Program-made: the position numbers and the translations under genes
Notes under the pieces: generated by a model
The model's database searches: none
Seen by the model: the letters and a program-made list of their open reading frames with translations, nothing else
Told to the model about the DNA's origin: nothing
From: Lama glama
Taxonomy: Eukaryota
Assembly: GCA_028534125.1 (NCBI GenBank)
Contig: CM052816.1
Location: forward strand, 80,788,001-80,852,000
Direction: 5' to 3'
Length of the DNA: 64,000 bases
Shown: positions 12,127 to 24,200 of the stretch, in pieces
Numbering within the stretch: position 1 is the stretch's first letter
How the letters are laid out: every line of letters begins with the position of its first letter

Positions 12127-12327
12127 CTACTTTTCATGAATCTCTCTTATAAAAATAAGAACATCAGAACACAAGAATAGATATCCACAGGGATGTTTCC
12201 AGCAGTGTTCTTTATTGTAATCACCACCCCCCCCACCAAAAAAAGGAAAGAAAGAAAATAAAACAGAAACAACATGAATACTCTGAATACTCATCAATAC
12301 ATTATGGTTAAAAAATAGCTTTATTAT

Positions 12328-14165
12328 ACAACACATAATAATCAGTTGCATTTTTATACACTAAGAATGAACAATCTGAAAAGAAAATTACAAAACAACG
12401 CCATTAACAATAGTATTAAAAAGAATAAAACACTTAAGAATTAACTAAGGAGATGAAAGTTTTGTACAATGAAAGCTACAAAACACTGCTGAAAGAAATG
12501 AAGGATATTAATAAATGGAAACACATCCTATGATCATGGATTGGAAGACTTAATATTGTTGTCAGTACTACCCCAAAGTGATTTACTGATTCAATGCAAT
12601 TCCTGTCAAAATTCCAATGACTTTTTTTTTGCATAAATAAAAAACCCCATCCTAAAATTCAGATAGGATCTTGAGAGACCCCAGATAGCCAAAACAATTT
12701 TGAAACAGAAAAACAAAGCTGATGTACTCACACTTACAGATTTCCAAACTTACTATAAAGCTACAGTAATCAAAACAGTGTGGCACATGTGGTATAAAGA
12801 AGACATATATACTAATGGTATAGGGAACCCAAAGATAAATCCTCACATGTAGGGTCAAAGGATTTTTGACAAGGGTACTAAGAAGACCACTCAATGGGGA
12901 AATGACAGACTTCCCAACAAATGATGCTGAGAAAATTGAATATCCACATACAAAATAATGAAGCTGGATCCTTACCCAACACCATATACAAAAATTAACA
13001 CCAAATAGATCAGAGACTTAAATGTAAGACATAAAACTATAAAACTCTTAGAAGAGAGTGTAGGCAAAAGATACACAACATTGGGTTTGGCAGTGATTTC
13101 TTGGCTATGATACCAAAGAGACAACAATAAAAGAAAGACAAGACAGACAAATTGGACTTAATAAAAATTTAAACATTTTGTTTATAAAAAGATACTATCA
13201 ACAAAATCAAAAGGCAGTCCTGAAAATGAGAGAAAATATTTGCAAATCATGTATCTGATAAGGGATTAATACCCAGAATATATTTTTTAAGAATTCCTAA
13301 AACTCAGTCACAGCAAAAGAAACAACCCAGGACAAAGGACTTGAATAGATATTTCTTTGAAGATGTACAAATGGTCAATAAGCACATACAAGGATGTTCA
13401 ACATCACTAATCATTAGGGAAATGCAAATCAAAACTACAATGAGATACTACCTCACACTCAATAGGATGGCTACTATCAAAAAACCAGAAAAGAACAAAT
13501 GTTGGTGAGGATGTGGAGAAGTTGGAACCTCATGCACTGTTGGTGGAAATGTAAAAATGGTACAGCCACAGTAGAAAATAGTATGGCAGGTCCTCAAAAA
13601 ATTAAAAGTAGAATTACATTATGATCCAACAATCCCATTTCTGGATATATACCCCCCCAAATTGAAACAGGGTCTTGAAGAGATACTTGTACACCCATGT
13701 TCATAGCAGTGTTATTCACAATAGTTAAAACATGGAAGCAACCCAAGTGTCCATCAACAAGTGAATGAACAAGCAAAATGTGGTATATACGTCCAAGGGA
13801 ATATTATTAAACCTTTAAAAAGGAAGGAAATTTTGACATATGCCATATTATGGATGAACCTTGAGGACATTATGCTAAGTGAAATAAGCCAGTCAATGTG
13901 ATTCCACTAATATGTGAGATACTTAGAGTAGTCAAAACTGTGGAGACAGAAAGTAGAATTGTAGCTGCCAGGGGATTGGGAGGAATGGGGAGATTATCAT
14001 TTAATGGGTACAGTTTCAGTTTTATAAGATGAAAAGAGTTATAGAGATAGATGGTGGTGATGGTTGCACAGCATCACAAAAGTATTTAATATCTATGAAC
14101 TGTACAGTTAAAAATGGCTAAGGTGGTAAATTTTGTTATGGGTGTTTTACCAAAACAAAAAATTT
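12328..14165 (+). mobile_element. 5'-truncated LINE-1 (L1MB-type), ORF2 RT/C-terminal region + 3' UTR
   Basis: Continuous L1 ORF2 similarity (ATAAATGGAAACACATCC, TACTATAAAGCTACAGTAATCAAAACAGTGTGG, CACCCATGTTCATAGCAG); TSD AATAGCTTTATTAT (12314-12327) / AATAGCTCTATTAT (14166-14179). Confidence 0.92.
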
Positions 14166-14516
14166 AATAGCTCTATTATGGACTTATTTTGCTACTAATT
14201 ATTATAAATAAGTTAAAGCTATATGTATCAACATAGAATGGTATCCATAATATATTGATAAATTTAAAAAAGCAAGTTTGAGTGTAAAATAGTAAAATAC
14301 CATGTAACTAAAAAAGAAAACACTATAGATGTACATATTTTACGAAGTTACATGAGTATAAAAAGCATAAAGAATCTACACACCAAAATATTAACACTAA
14401 TTTTGTCAAGAGAATGAGATTGGACAAGGGAGCTAGAAACTTTTTTCTTTAATCACTTTTGTATTGTTTGAATTGTTACCAAAAACCCCCAAATATTCCT
14501 CTTGAAAATTTAAAAG

Positions 14517-15010
14517 TATGTATCTTGGGTTTCCAGAAAAACAGTAGTGATGTGTATATGAATGTAGGTGTTTATTTGTTGGAGAACTTTCAAGAACTGC
14601 TCTGCTCCAGGAGAATGGCTTCTCCATGGATGAGAGGCTGAGGAGAGGACCTCAGGAACTATGACATTGAACAGGATTTTCCTCCATTCCTCCTGCCAAG
14701 GCTCTGATGATGGCAGCGGTACTCGGGTGACTAGAAGAAAAAGGAAAAGGAATGCTCTTCCTCTAGTGCAGATAACCTTCCCCAGTGTTAGGAGAAAGCA
14801 ACTCTTCAATTCTTTTATGACAAGCCTTTTCGTGGTTTTGGAACCTGGTTCTAGGGATTTTCAAGTGGAAAACAAAATCTCTCTAGTCACTAATTCTGGA
14901 AGTGGTCTCTGACTTCTTTTCTGCAGGATCTTCGTGGAGATAGGGTCTCAGAGGGTCAATTAGTGGATAATTTTCCCACATGTGTGAAAGGGGAGAATAC
15001 TTCTGTAACA
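14517..15010 (-). mobile_element. Possible highly diverged ERVL-type LTR
   Basis: TATCTTGGGTTTCCAGAAAAACAG...GTTTATTTGTTGGAGAAC resembles antisense LTR16-type ends; finishes ...CTGTAACA. Confidence 0.35.
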
Positions 15011-15084
15011 TAGTGATTTACTTGGTGTGGGGAGAGGTGACTGGTCAAAAGGGGGTATGCTTTGAAGCCTAGGGATCTGTCTTT

Positions 15085-15230
15085 CATTAGTGGTGAGGCT
15101 GTGGAAAGAATTAAGGTCTAGGAATCAAAAGAACTGTCTCTGATCCAGGTTCTCTTGGTGATTAGCTGACTTTAGCCAAAACTGTGCCCTCTCTGTGCCT
15201 ATGTTTTCCTACCTGTATATGGAGATATGA
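15085..15230 (+). mobile_element. MIR SINE
   Basis: GTGGAAAGA...GGAATCAAAAGAACTG...TTAGCTGACTTTAGCCAA...CCCTCTCTGTGCCTATGTTTTCC. Confidence 0.6.
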
Positions 15231-17229
15231 CACAAGGAAGAAGGATTATGTCTTTCACTGCCTGCATAAAATGATCACAATATTTGCTTCCTTACAAGAG
15301 TTTATGAGTAATGTCTTGCCATTCCAGCAGCTAGATGGCACCATCGCCTCTAACATTTGTTTTAATAACTAGAATTTAATTGCAGCTGATGCTGTGTGCT
15401 GTACTTCTTTTCTTCTATGATAGCTTTTGTCAAAAGGTATGACTTTTAGATTAAAAGGAATGTAGCTATGTTGTTTTGAAACACTATGGATCTCTTCATA
15501 GATGATTCATCGTAGATTAACCTGAAGTCTTTTAGAAAACCAAAAACCATCCTTTAGTAGATGTGATCACTCCTAGGATCATAGTTGCCCTAGTTTCATA
15601 AGAATTCTCTTTTTGCACCCCAGATGACATGCTGACAGGCCTAGCCCAAGGGAGTAAAGTTATGTGTTTATTCCGGAAGGTTCTGTCCTTACCACATCTC
15701 CCAGTCCCAGGGGAGGAAACCTACAGTTATTAGCTATGCTTTGTTGATTGTTGAATCATAGATTTTAGCAACCCCTGAGCAAGCCAACTTCTGTATTTTC
15801 CTGCTAAGTAGATGAGGCCCAGGGAGGTTAACCGATTTGTTCAAGTTTATACCCAAAATAGTCATCTCCAGGCTCCCATCTCTAGTTTTTCCACTGGGCT
15901 GCTGCTTTTTTTTTTTTTTTAAGTAAACTTAGATGTTCTGCCAAGGTGTCACAACTAAACTGGATTTTGTAAGATTGCTTTGTATTTACCAAAAAACCCC
16001 CCAAAACAAAAATCACATAAGCAGGATGAAATATTTAAACCAGTTCTAGCTCCCTTATCACCAATAAGCTCCAGAGCAAGAGTGCTTTGGGCAAGTGGGG
16101 AATCATGTGTGATCAAACTCCCTGTAATTTAAGTTCTCCATGTCTTAAAAATGGGTACAAGTAATATTTTGCCTGTCTTTTAATATTGCACTAAAATACA
16201 TGAGAATTAAGGAGATAACAGAGTAAAAATTTTAAGAGGTTTTCTAAAATAAAATTATAAAAATTCAGGTCATTCTTGTCATTTTACTCTGTCAAAGAAG
16301 TTAATTTTTCTCCTTTTAAAGTTATGTCTTAGTTATTTATAATGGTTTTTCCAGTTTGCAAGATGCTAGAACATACTTAACAAGGGTCATCTTCCTCCTC
16401 AGTTTTACCATTATTGATTTAAAAAGGAAATGTTTGTGGATTCAGCCTCATCCACTTCCTGATATGCCTACACAAAAATTATGGAAATCATGATATGCCA
16501 ACATAATGCTACTTTCTTTGGTTCTTCTTTCATTAAATCTTTAGTTACTGAATTGTGAATTCTAAGGAGTCACTAAGATTTTAGAAATCTACTTGAAAGA
16601 CTATAGCAATTTTACTGGATAGCACATTATCCAAGAGTTACATATTTTTTTCCTCTCCTTTAATCAAAGTTGTCCCTTTCAAAATGAGTACTCAGCAGTT
16701 TATACTTTTTCTTTTATGGTTTTGAGAAACCTTTTTTTTTTTTCTTGTGTATCATGGCGTGACTATAAATCACTTTTCCCAGAACTCAGACAGGATGGTG
16801 AATAGTTTTAGGAAATGATGCTGATAGTAACTTGATATTCTGAGAGTAGTGTTTCCCAGTTTGTTTGAAATCTTTAAAAAGAAGAAAATAAACTGAAGGA
16901 ACTTTGGATGATTATATTTATGTTTATAATATGTGTTGACTATGAAAATGTATAATGACAAAAATCTACTCTTAATTTGGTAATGCTGTTTACTTGAATT
17001 AGTATTTTACACATATATTTGAAAAATAGGAGGACTTCTGTGAGTAAAATATATCATGTATTTAGTGAAGGGATAGTACTAGGTGCACCTAGGGATTTAG
17101 ATACAGTTTCTCTGTAGCTTCCCCAAAACTTTAAATTGGGAGCCATTGTTGTAGGATGATAAATATCTCCAAGTGAATCGAATTTTAATGATTAAAATTC
17201 AGCTGCAGCTACAAGTGTACTGCGAACTT

Positions 17230-17445
17230 AATATATTCCAGGAATTACGCAAAGTTGCCTTAGACATATGTTAACTAACTTAATCCTCATAGTAGTCCTA
17301 TAAGGTAGGTACTACCATTGTCCCCATTTTATAAATGTAAAGAGAGAAGCTTAAAGGGTTCAAGTCACTTTTTCAAGGTCACACAGCTAATAAGTGGCAG
17401 AGCCCCAACACAAGAAACTCCAGAGCTTGACATTAACCACAACAC
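17230..17445 (-). mobile_element. MIR SINE
   Basis: TTTAATCCTCATAG...CCTATAAGGTAGGTAC...CCCCATTTTATAAATG...CAAGGTCACACAGCTAATAAGTGGCAGAGCC. Confidence 0.85.
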
Positions 17446-17666
17446 TGTTTTTCCCTTCACTGAGTTGAAATCTGTTTCTCACTTGGGAGTTTAATATGAT
17501 GTTTTATACCTATGGATAATTCTGATTTTCATGCCTCTATTAAACATACAATCAGAGGTGAACTGAGAATAGCTATCAATTTAATACTGCTGAAACAGAA
17601 ATGTATTTTGGTAAAAACACAGAGTCATGTAATCCACCTGGAAGGGACATGTAAGATCATCCAAAA

Positions 17667-17838
17667 CAGTGGTTCTCAAGTAGAGTAGGGAGACACTTAA
17701 GTGAGTACTAAAATCCCATACCCAAGACTCCACAGACGTGCTGAATCCAAATCTCTGGGAACAGTTGGACTTAGACATGTATATTTACAAAGATAGCCTC
17801 AGGTGAATTTTATGTGTATCTCTGGTTTAGAACCACTG
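17667..17838. mobile_element. MER5-type hAT-Charlie non-autonomous element, inside a MIR-like fragment
   Basis: Terminal inverted repeats CAGTGGTTCT...AGAACCACTG; internal TGAATCCAAATCTCTGG and CTCAGGTGAATTTTATG. Confidence 0.8.
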
Positions 17839-17969
17839 GTCTAGTTCACCTTCCTCATTTTGTATTTGAAGAATCTGAAGTCCATAGGGAGAGCAAGTTA
17901 CTCCTGCACAACATCTAATATTAAAATCTTTGCCATCATCAACGTAAACTTTTTGTTTTTCTGTTTTCA

Positions 17970-18480
17970 GAGATCTACAGAGATAAAAGACCTTTGAGTG
18001 TCTTGCAATCTGAATAGAGACACAGGATTTAGGCAGAAAAATGTAAATAACAAAAACAATGTATGCTATTTAGAAAAATGAATGGTGGCAGAACGAAAAA
18101 TGTTTAGCTGAAAGAGACATCTCTAAGGTAGGCTTCAGAATAGGAATGGGTCTTGAAAGAAAAGGAGAACTTAGTGAAGTAGAGAGGAGGAGTGGGAAGC
18201 TTTCTAGGTAGGAGAAGTAGTATGATCAAAAGACAGGGAGGCAGGAAGCAGAACAGGAGTTTGGCATAAATGAGCAGATCATTCTAGCTAGGGTGAATGG
18301 TGTTCTGGTGGGACAAGTAGAAGATGAATTAGAGAAGTGGGGACGCTAGATGGTGGCCTTGTGTACTAGACTAGACTAAGAAGTTTGCACTTCTTCATAT
18401 AGGAAGAGGAAAGCTATTCCAAGTCTTAGGGAATGAGTGATGGATAAAGATGATATTTGCAAGTCCAATGGCTGAGTTTG
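17970..18480 (-). mobile_element. L2 fragment
   Basis: Purine-rich antisense L2 pattern (GGGTCTTGAAAGA...TTTCTAGGTAGGAGAAGTAGTATGATCAAAAGACAGGGAGGCAGG...CTAAGAAGTTTGCACTT). Confidence 0.55.
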
Positions 18481-18920
18481 AGTGTAGGGAATTGGATTCA
18501 CTTTGGGCCCATCCTATGGAGGTAGAACTAGCATGCAATTAAAAGTTGGACTGGTAGGCTTAGCTTGCCTAATGGAATTCTGTTACCATTATTATTACCA
18601 GACGTAAGCTATGATAGCAAGTAAGCAAGGAGAGCCCTGCTTAGTGCCCTCAACTGTTTTCCGTGGTGGAACTTCTAATATCTGTGTTTAAATAGGTTGG
18701 TATTTTTAAATTTCAAGAGAGTTGAACAGACAGAATCTAGTCTGGGCTTTTAAAATTTTTCTCACTAGTGTCTTATTCTCACTCTAGCCAAATGTGGCTA
18801 CTTGTGATTATATGGACCTCAGGACTTTTCACAAAATTTCAGTCAATAGTGACATTGATTTTGCCTCAGAAAGAGAAGTAGACTACAAGTCCACAGAAAC
18901 TCTTGAGGAAGAATTTGTTT

Positions 18921-21597
18921 ACTTTTGTTCACTTTTGTGGAATTTTTTAAATTAAAATTTTTATCCTTCATCCAGTTTCCCCCAATGGTAAGGTAACATC
19001 TTGGAAAATGAGAGTTCAGTATCGTAGCAGGATACTGACAATGATACAGCCAAGATGCAGAAAATCACATCGCCACAGAGATTTCTGATGTTGTGCTTTT
19101 ATAATAGCCATATCCAGGTGTGTCCTGCCCTTAACCCCTCCTTAACCTCTGGCAGCCACTAATCTGTTCTCCATTTCTATAATTTTGTTACTTATATCAA
19201 AAATGTTATGTAAATAGTTTGTAACATTCAGGGGTCGACTTTTGTTACTGAACATAATTCTCTGGAGATTCATCCAGGTTATTGCACATGTCAACAGTTT
19301 GTTCCTTTTTATTATATTCTATAGTGTTTTTGAGAGTCACTCTTTGTGTAGCTTTTTAAAGTGATTTAGACATTATATTATGTATACATTACTCATCAAG
19401 TCTACTGGTGGCATCATTTTGCCAGTTTGAGTGAGTACAGAAACCTTACCTCCCTTTACATCTTATTACCTTCCCTCGTTTACAAAGTGAGTATCTTAAA
19501 TATTCCTCTACATGTATTTCGAATCACATCAGGCAGGGTTATACTTCTTGCTTCAACCATCAAACATAATTTAGAAACTTAGAAGGAAAAGGAGAGTCTA
19601 TTGTATTTATTCGTATTTTTGTTTGCCATATTATTTCTTCCTAGTATTTTAAGGTTCCTTCTTTTATAATTTCATTTCCGCTTCGAAAACTTTTAAAGTA
19701 GGTCTGCTGGTGACTTTCTCTTTGTTTCCTTTCATCTGAAAATGTTTAGCTATCTCCTTTATTTTTAGAGGATATTTTTACCAGATACAGAATTTTGAGT
19801 TAACAGTTTTTATCTTTCAGCTCTTTAAAAATAGTATGCCATTTCCTTCCGGCCCCATGGTTTTTGATTGGTAATCCACTATTGTTTGAGTTATTTTTCC
19901 TTTATAGGTAAGGTACTTCTTTTTTTGCTGCTTTCAGAATTTTTTCTTTAGTTTGTTAAGAGTTGGGCTGTGATGCTTAATGGTGTGGATTTCTTTGAGT
20001 TTATCCTGTTTGGGGTAACCCTTATTGAATATGTACGTTTATGTATTTTGCCAAATTTAGGATATTTTCAGTCAATTGTTAGTTTTTTCAAGTGCTGTTC
20101 TAGTTCCATCCTCTTTCTTCAGGACTCCAAAACATAAATGTTGATCTTTTGTTACAGTTCCTGAGGTACCTTAGACTCTTAATTTTTTTTAGTCTATTTT
20201 CTCTCTGATGTTCAAATCAGGACATTCCTATTGTTCCATCATCGGTTCACTGATTCTTCCTACTGTACCTACTCTGATGTTGAACTCATCCACTGAATTT
20301 TTAAAATTTCAGTTAACTGTATTTTTCAGTTCTAAAATTTCCATTTGGTTCTCATTTATATCTCCTGTTCTTTGCTAAGACTTTCTTTTCTGTTTCAAGT
20401 GCATTTGGAATTGCTCATTAAAGATTTTTGTCATGGCTGCTTTAAAAATCTTTGTTAGATAAACTCTAAGATTTCTATCATCTTTGTGTAGTCACCTATT
20501 GACTGTCTTTTTTCCACTCAGTTTTAGATTTTCCTGGTTCTTGGTATGTTGAGTAGTTGTCAGTTGAAACGTAGACATTGGGGGTACTATGTTACGAGAT
20601 TCTAGATCTTATTTGAATCTTTGTTTGACTTGGCTTTCTACCAAGGGAAGGAGAGATGCTACCTCCTTACTGACAGGTCAGTGTAGAATTCCATCCAGCT
20701 TCCACACTCTGGCTCCTTGGTACTCAAGGCTAGGTACTCCTTGTTACTGCTGAGCAGGAATGGGTGTTCCAGTTTTCTACTAGGTCTCCGCTGATTTCTT
20801 TCTGGCTGGGAAGAGTAGGAGTGCCTCCTAACTGCTATTTATCTGGCTTCTAGTGACACCACAGAGAAAGGGGGGAGTGGCCTCATTTGTCTGGGAAATG
20901 GCAGAAGTCCTTTCTCTCCGGTAGGGCTGCTTTGACACCACTCTAGCAGGAAGACAGAGGGGTACCATATTACTACTGGGTGAGAATAGAAGTCCATTCT
21001 CCCACGTGGTCTCCACTGACATTGTGGGAGTATATGTGAGAAGGTGGTTCATTACTGCCCAGCAGAGATAAATGCCCCAGTTCCCTGCTTGCTTCTTTGA
21101 TACTACCATGGTGGCAGGTATTGGGGTACTTTATTACAGCCTGGTGACAGTGGAAATCTAGGGTCCTCACTTGTCCTTTGCTGGTGGCTGTGAAGGTGAG
21201 CATGCGGGTGGGGTCATTTTCTTCTCTGGTACTTATTTTCTGTAGTGTTTATTTTCTGAACATTTTCTCTCTTGTTAGACTGCCCCTTTCCTGGACCTCT
21301 GGCTAAAGAAAGCAGGCTGTTCTTATTGTTTATGTCTGTTTTATTCACTGATGTTTCCAGGTTGCTGACTTCTTCAGCTACAAGTCTGGGATATATCAGA
21401 CAAAAAGAAAATGCAGAGAATTCACCCAAGTGTTGTTTCCTGAGTCCTGAGTTTTCTCGCCCATCTGCCTTCTTCTCTTCACCTTTCAGTCTTCTTAACT
21501 TTGTTTTATATATAATATCCAGGGTTTTATGTTGTATTTAGTGGGGAGGATAGGGAATAAGTACATCTACTCCACCTTCTTGGAAGGGAAGTCCCCT
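18921..21597 (-). mobile_element. Old L1 (L1M4/L1MC-type): 5' UTR + ORF1 region + spacer joined to a short 3' UTR piece, ORF2 absent
   Basis: 5' end TACATCTACTCCACCTTCTTGGAAGGGAAGTCCC; ORF1-antisense pattern at 19700-20500; 3' UTR CCAGTTTCCCCCAATGGTAA...CCACTAATCTGTTCTCCATTTCTATAATTTTG; flanks GAAGAATTTGTTT / GAAGAATTTATTT. Confidence 0.75.
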
Positions 21598-22261
21598 GAA
21601 GAATTTATTTTTAAACATTAGATCTTTAGGATTCTGGGTGTTCTGAGTTCCATAATTTGTATATTTGTTATTTATGTGAAAGATGCCATTTCATATTGAT
21701 TTATCCCTTTAAGAATCAATGAATTTTCCCTAAATAAATAAGGTATTAATTTTCAAGTGAAGCATTTAAATAGGGGCTATTAAAGGAAAAACTGTGTTAA
21801 AGTGGCACTTTACTCTCCAATCAGCTTTTCTTATTCTTTTTTGGAGAGGTTGAGGGAGGTATTGAAAGACTTGTTTGAGAATCTCATTAAAGCAAAATAT
21901 GTCTTATGCTCCCAGATTGTGCTTGCAATTTAGGATGTCCACAGACAGCACATAGAGCCCTGCTAAATAATCTGTCCTATTTATGCATCAGTAACATATG
22001 AGCTTATGAAGCTGAAAGACCAACAAGAATGGAAAAAGAAAAAAGAATAATTAGGAAATATAGGACTCAGGACTCTTCTGTGACAGGCTGGGCAGTCCTC
22101 ATGGCTGAACTCTATAAAACTCCATTTTGTCAGCCTACCTAGAAAGATGATCCCTCTATGTGCCGGAAAGAACTGTAATTCCTTTTAATACAGTCTTTAA
22201 AAGTGGTGAAGCTACCATTCCAATCTAGGTCTTCCTCACTTTAATGCTGATATTCTATTTC

Positions 22262-23057
22262 TTATTTCTTTGTTTTTTTTAACATTTTTTATTCATTCAT
22301 AATCATTTTACAGTGTTGTGTCAAATTCCAGTGTTCAGCACAATTTTTCAGTCATTCATGGACATATACACACTCATTGTCACATTTTTTTCTCTGTGAT
22401 TTATCATAACATTTTGTGTATATTTCCCTGTGCTATACAGTGTAATCTTGTTTATCTATTCTACAATTTTGAAACCCCAGTCTATCCCTTCCCNNNNNNN
22501 NNNNNNNNNNNNNNNNNNNNNNNNNNNNNNNNNNNNNNNNNNNNNNNNNNNNNNNNNNNNNNNNNNNNNNNNNNNNNNNNNNNNNNNNNNNNNNNNNNNN
22601 NNNNNNNNNNNNNNNNNNNNNNNNNNNNNNNNNNNNNNNNNNNNNNNNNNNNNNNNNNNNNNNNNNNNNNNNNNNNNNNNNNNNNNNNNNNNNNNNNNNN
22701 NNNNNNNNNNNNNNNNNNNNNNNNNNNNNNNNNNNNNNNNNNNNNNNNNNNNNNNNNNNNNNNNNNNNNNNNNNNNNNNNNNNNNNNNNNNNNNNNNNNN
22801 NNNNNNNNNNNNNNNNNNNNNNNNNNNNNNNNNNNNNNNNNNNNNNNNNNNNNNNNNNNNNNNNNNNNNNNNNNNNNNNNNNNNNNNNNNNNNNNNNNNN
22901 NNNNNNNNNNNNNNNNNNNNNNNNNNNNNNNNNNNNNNNNNNNNNNNNNNNNNNNNNNNNNNNNNNNNNNNNNNNNNNNNNNNNNNNNNNNNNCATTTAG
23001 GTTGTTTCCATGTTTTGGCTATTGTAAATAGTGCTGCTATGAACATTGGGGTGCAGG
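22262..23057 (-). mobile_element. Young LINE-1 3' end (camelid-like 3' UTR), spanning the assembly gap
   Basis: poly-T then AACATTTTTTATT...GTCAAATTCCAGTGTTCAGCACAATTTTTCAG...TTTCCCTGTGCTATACAG; after the gap the antisense frame reads [20 protein letters not shown] (ORF2 C-terminus, no stops). Confidence 0.9.
22494..22993. other. Assembly gap (500 N)
   Basis: Run of exactly 500 N; the round number suggests a placeholder size. Confidence 1.
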
Positions 23058-23138
23058 GAAAACTGGACAGCAGCATGTAAAACAATGAAGCTAGAACACA
23101 CCCTTACACCATATACAAAAATCAACTCAAAATGGATC
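23056..23138 (+). mobile_element. Inverted L1 ORF2 segment abutting the young L1
   Basis: 23058-23138 translates [27 protein letters not shown], a conserved L1 ORF2 motif, in the opposite orientation to the adjacent L1. Confidence 0.9.
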
Positions 23139-23929
23139 CAAGTGTTATTTAAAGTATTTGAATTTAAAATTGGAGCAGAAAGAGTACTTTTAACTGTTTA
23201 GATAAATGGATTATTAATGGCAGTGAATTTCCAAAAATCTATTTACATAACATAAAGCAAATTTATACCACTTAACTAATCCATTTATTGTGCTACTTTC
23301 AAGCACTGAGTGATAAAAGCACTGGGGAAAACAAAATCTGATTTATTATCCTCAGTAGAAAATCAAATCACCTCCAATAAAAATGTTTTATACAAATATC
23401 TTTCTGCTGAAGAGGCAATTTTACAGATGAAACTAAGGTATAAGGAACAAGTTCATTTTAGACAACACCTGATTTAGTTCATGGGAAACTTAATTCTAAC
23501 GTGTACAAGGGGACCAGCCACCCAGTGGTATAATCTTAGGGACTGTGCATAGCATGAGGATTGGGACTTACTTCCTTCCCATCAGCTTCCTCTTCATCCT
23601 CCCCTTATGGTTTTTGGCTTGCTGAGATTGATACTACTTATTTTGCAAATAAAGAGATGTTTTTAATCAATAAAACAAATCTCTTAGCTACTTATGATCT
23701 TTTTTTTTTGATGAGTACATAATGACCCCCCTCCTTTTGTATTTTCTCAAGCTGTAGTGAGATTAGCACATATTGTTAAAGATTTGGGAGAGCCAAGAAT
23801 CAATCCTGTGAAAGATGGTTGTTCATTCTCTTTTATGGACACAAACTATTCCTTTATTCCTGGCTTGTGTTCTACTGGTTATGATGAAGACTGGGCAACA
23901 AAATAAATTCATCACAACTATAAGGAAAA

Positions 23930-24200
23930 ATTCCACTGCTGAGATTCAAAGATGTATTAGACACAGTTTCTGTCCTCTCAAAATTCATAATCTAACAAGT
24001 GAGAAGAATAGGTAAACAGAATTACAGTGTAGTGTGATAAGTGGTGTAATTAGCGTGTGTATCAGTCCTGGGAGCACATAAAAACAGGTCTTTTTCTAAG
24101 GGTGGAGTTGGGATCAGGGAACACTACTGGTGGAGGTAGCCTATCCTGTAAGTTCTGAAAAGGCAAGAGAAAAAGTAGGCAAAGGGAAGGGTACGGAGGT
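23930..24200 (-). mobile_element. L2 fragment
   Basis: AGACACAGTTTCTGTCCTCTCAAAATTCATAATCTA...ATTACAGTGTAGTGTGATAAGTG...GGGAGCACATA. Confidence 0.65.

Larger units (their letters stand above)
11565..14500 (+). mobile_element. Very old L1ME-type 3' region, interrupted by an MLT1 LTR and a younger L1
   Basis: CCTTTGGAAAAGACTCTGGCAGTATTTATT (11580), AGGGATGTTTCCAGCAGTGTT (12190), CTATATGTATCAACATAGA...AAAAAGCAAG (14220); the pieces are collinear. Confidence 0.6.

Noticed and set aside
12652..13776. Minus-strand ORFs such as [17 protein letters not shown]... (and the similar 53118-53327)
   Set aside because: Antisense readings of L1 ORF2, a common source of spurious proteins
22318..23085. The four longest ORFs (187-237 aa)
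   Set aside because: They stay open only because they cross the 500-N gap; the real residues are L1 sequence
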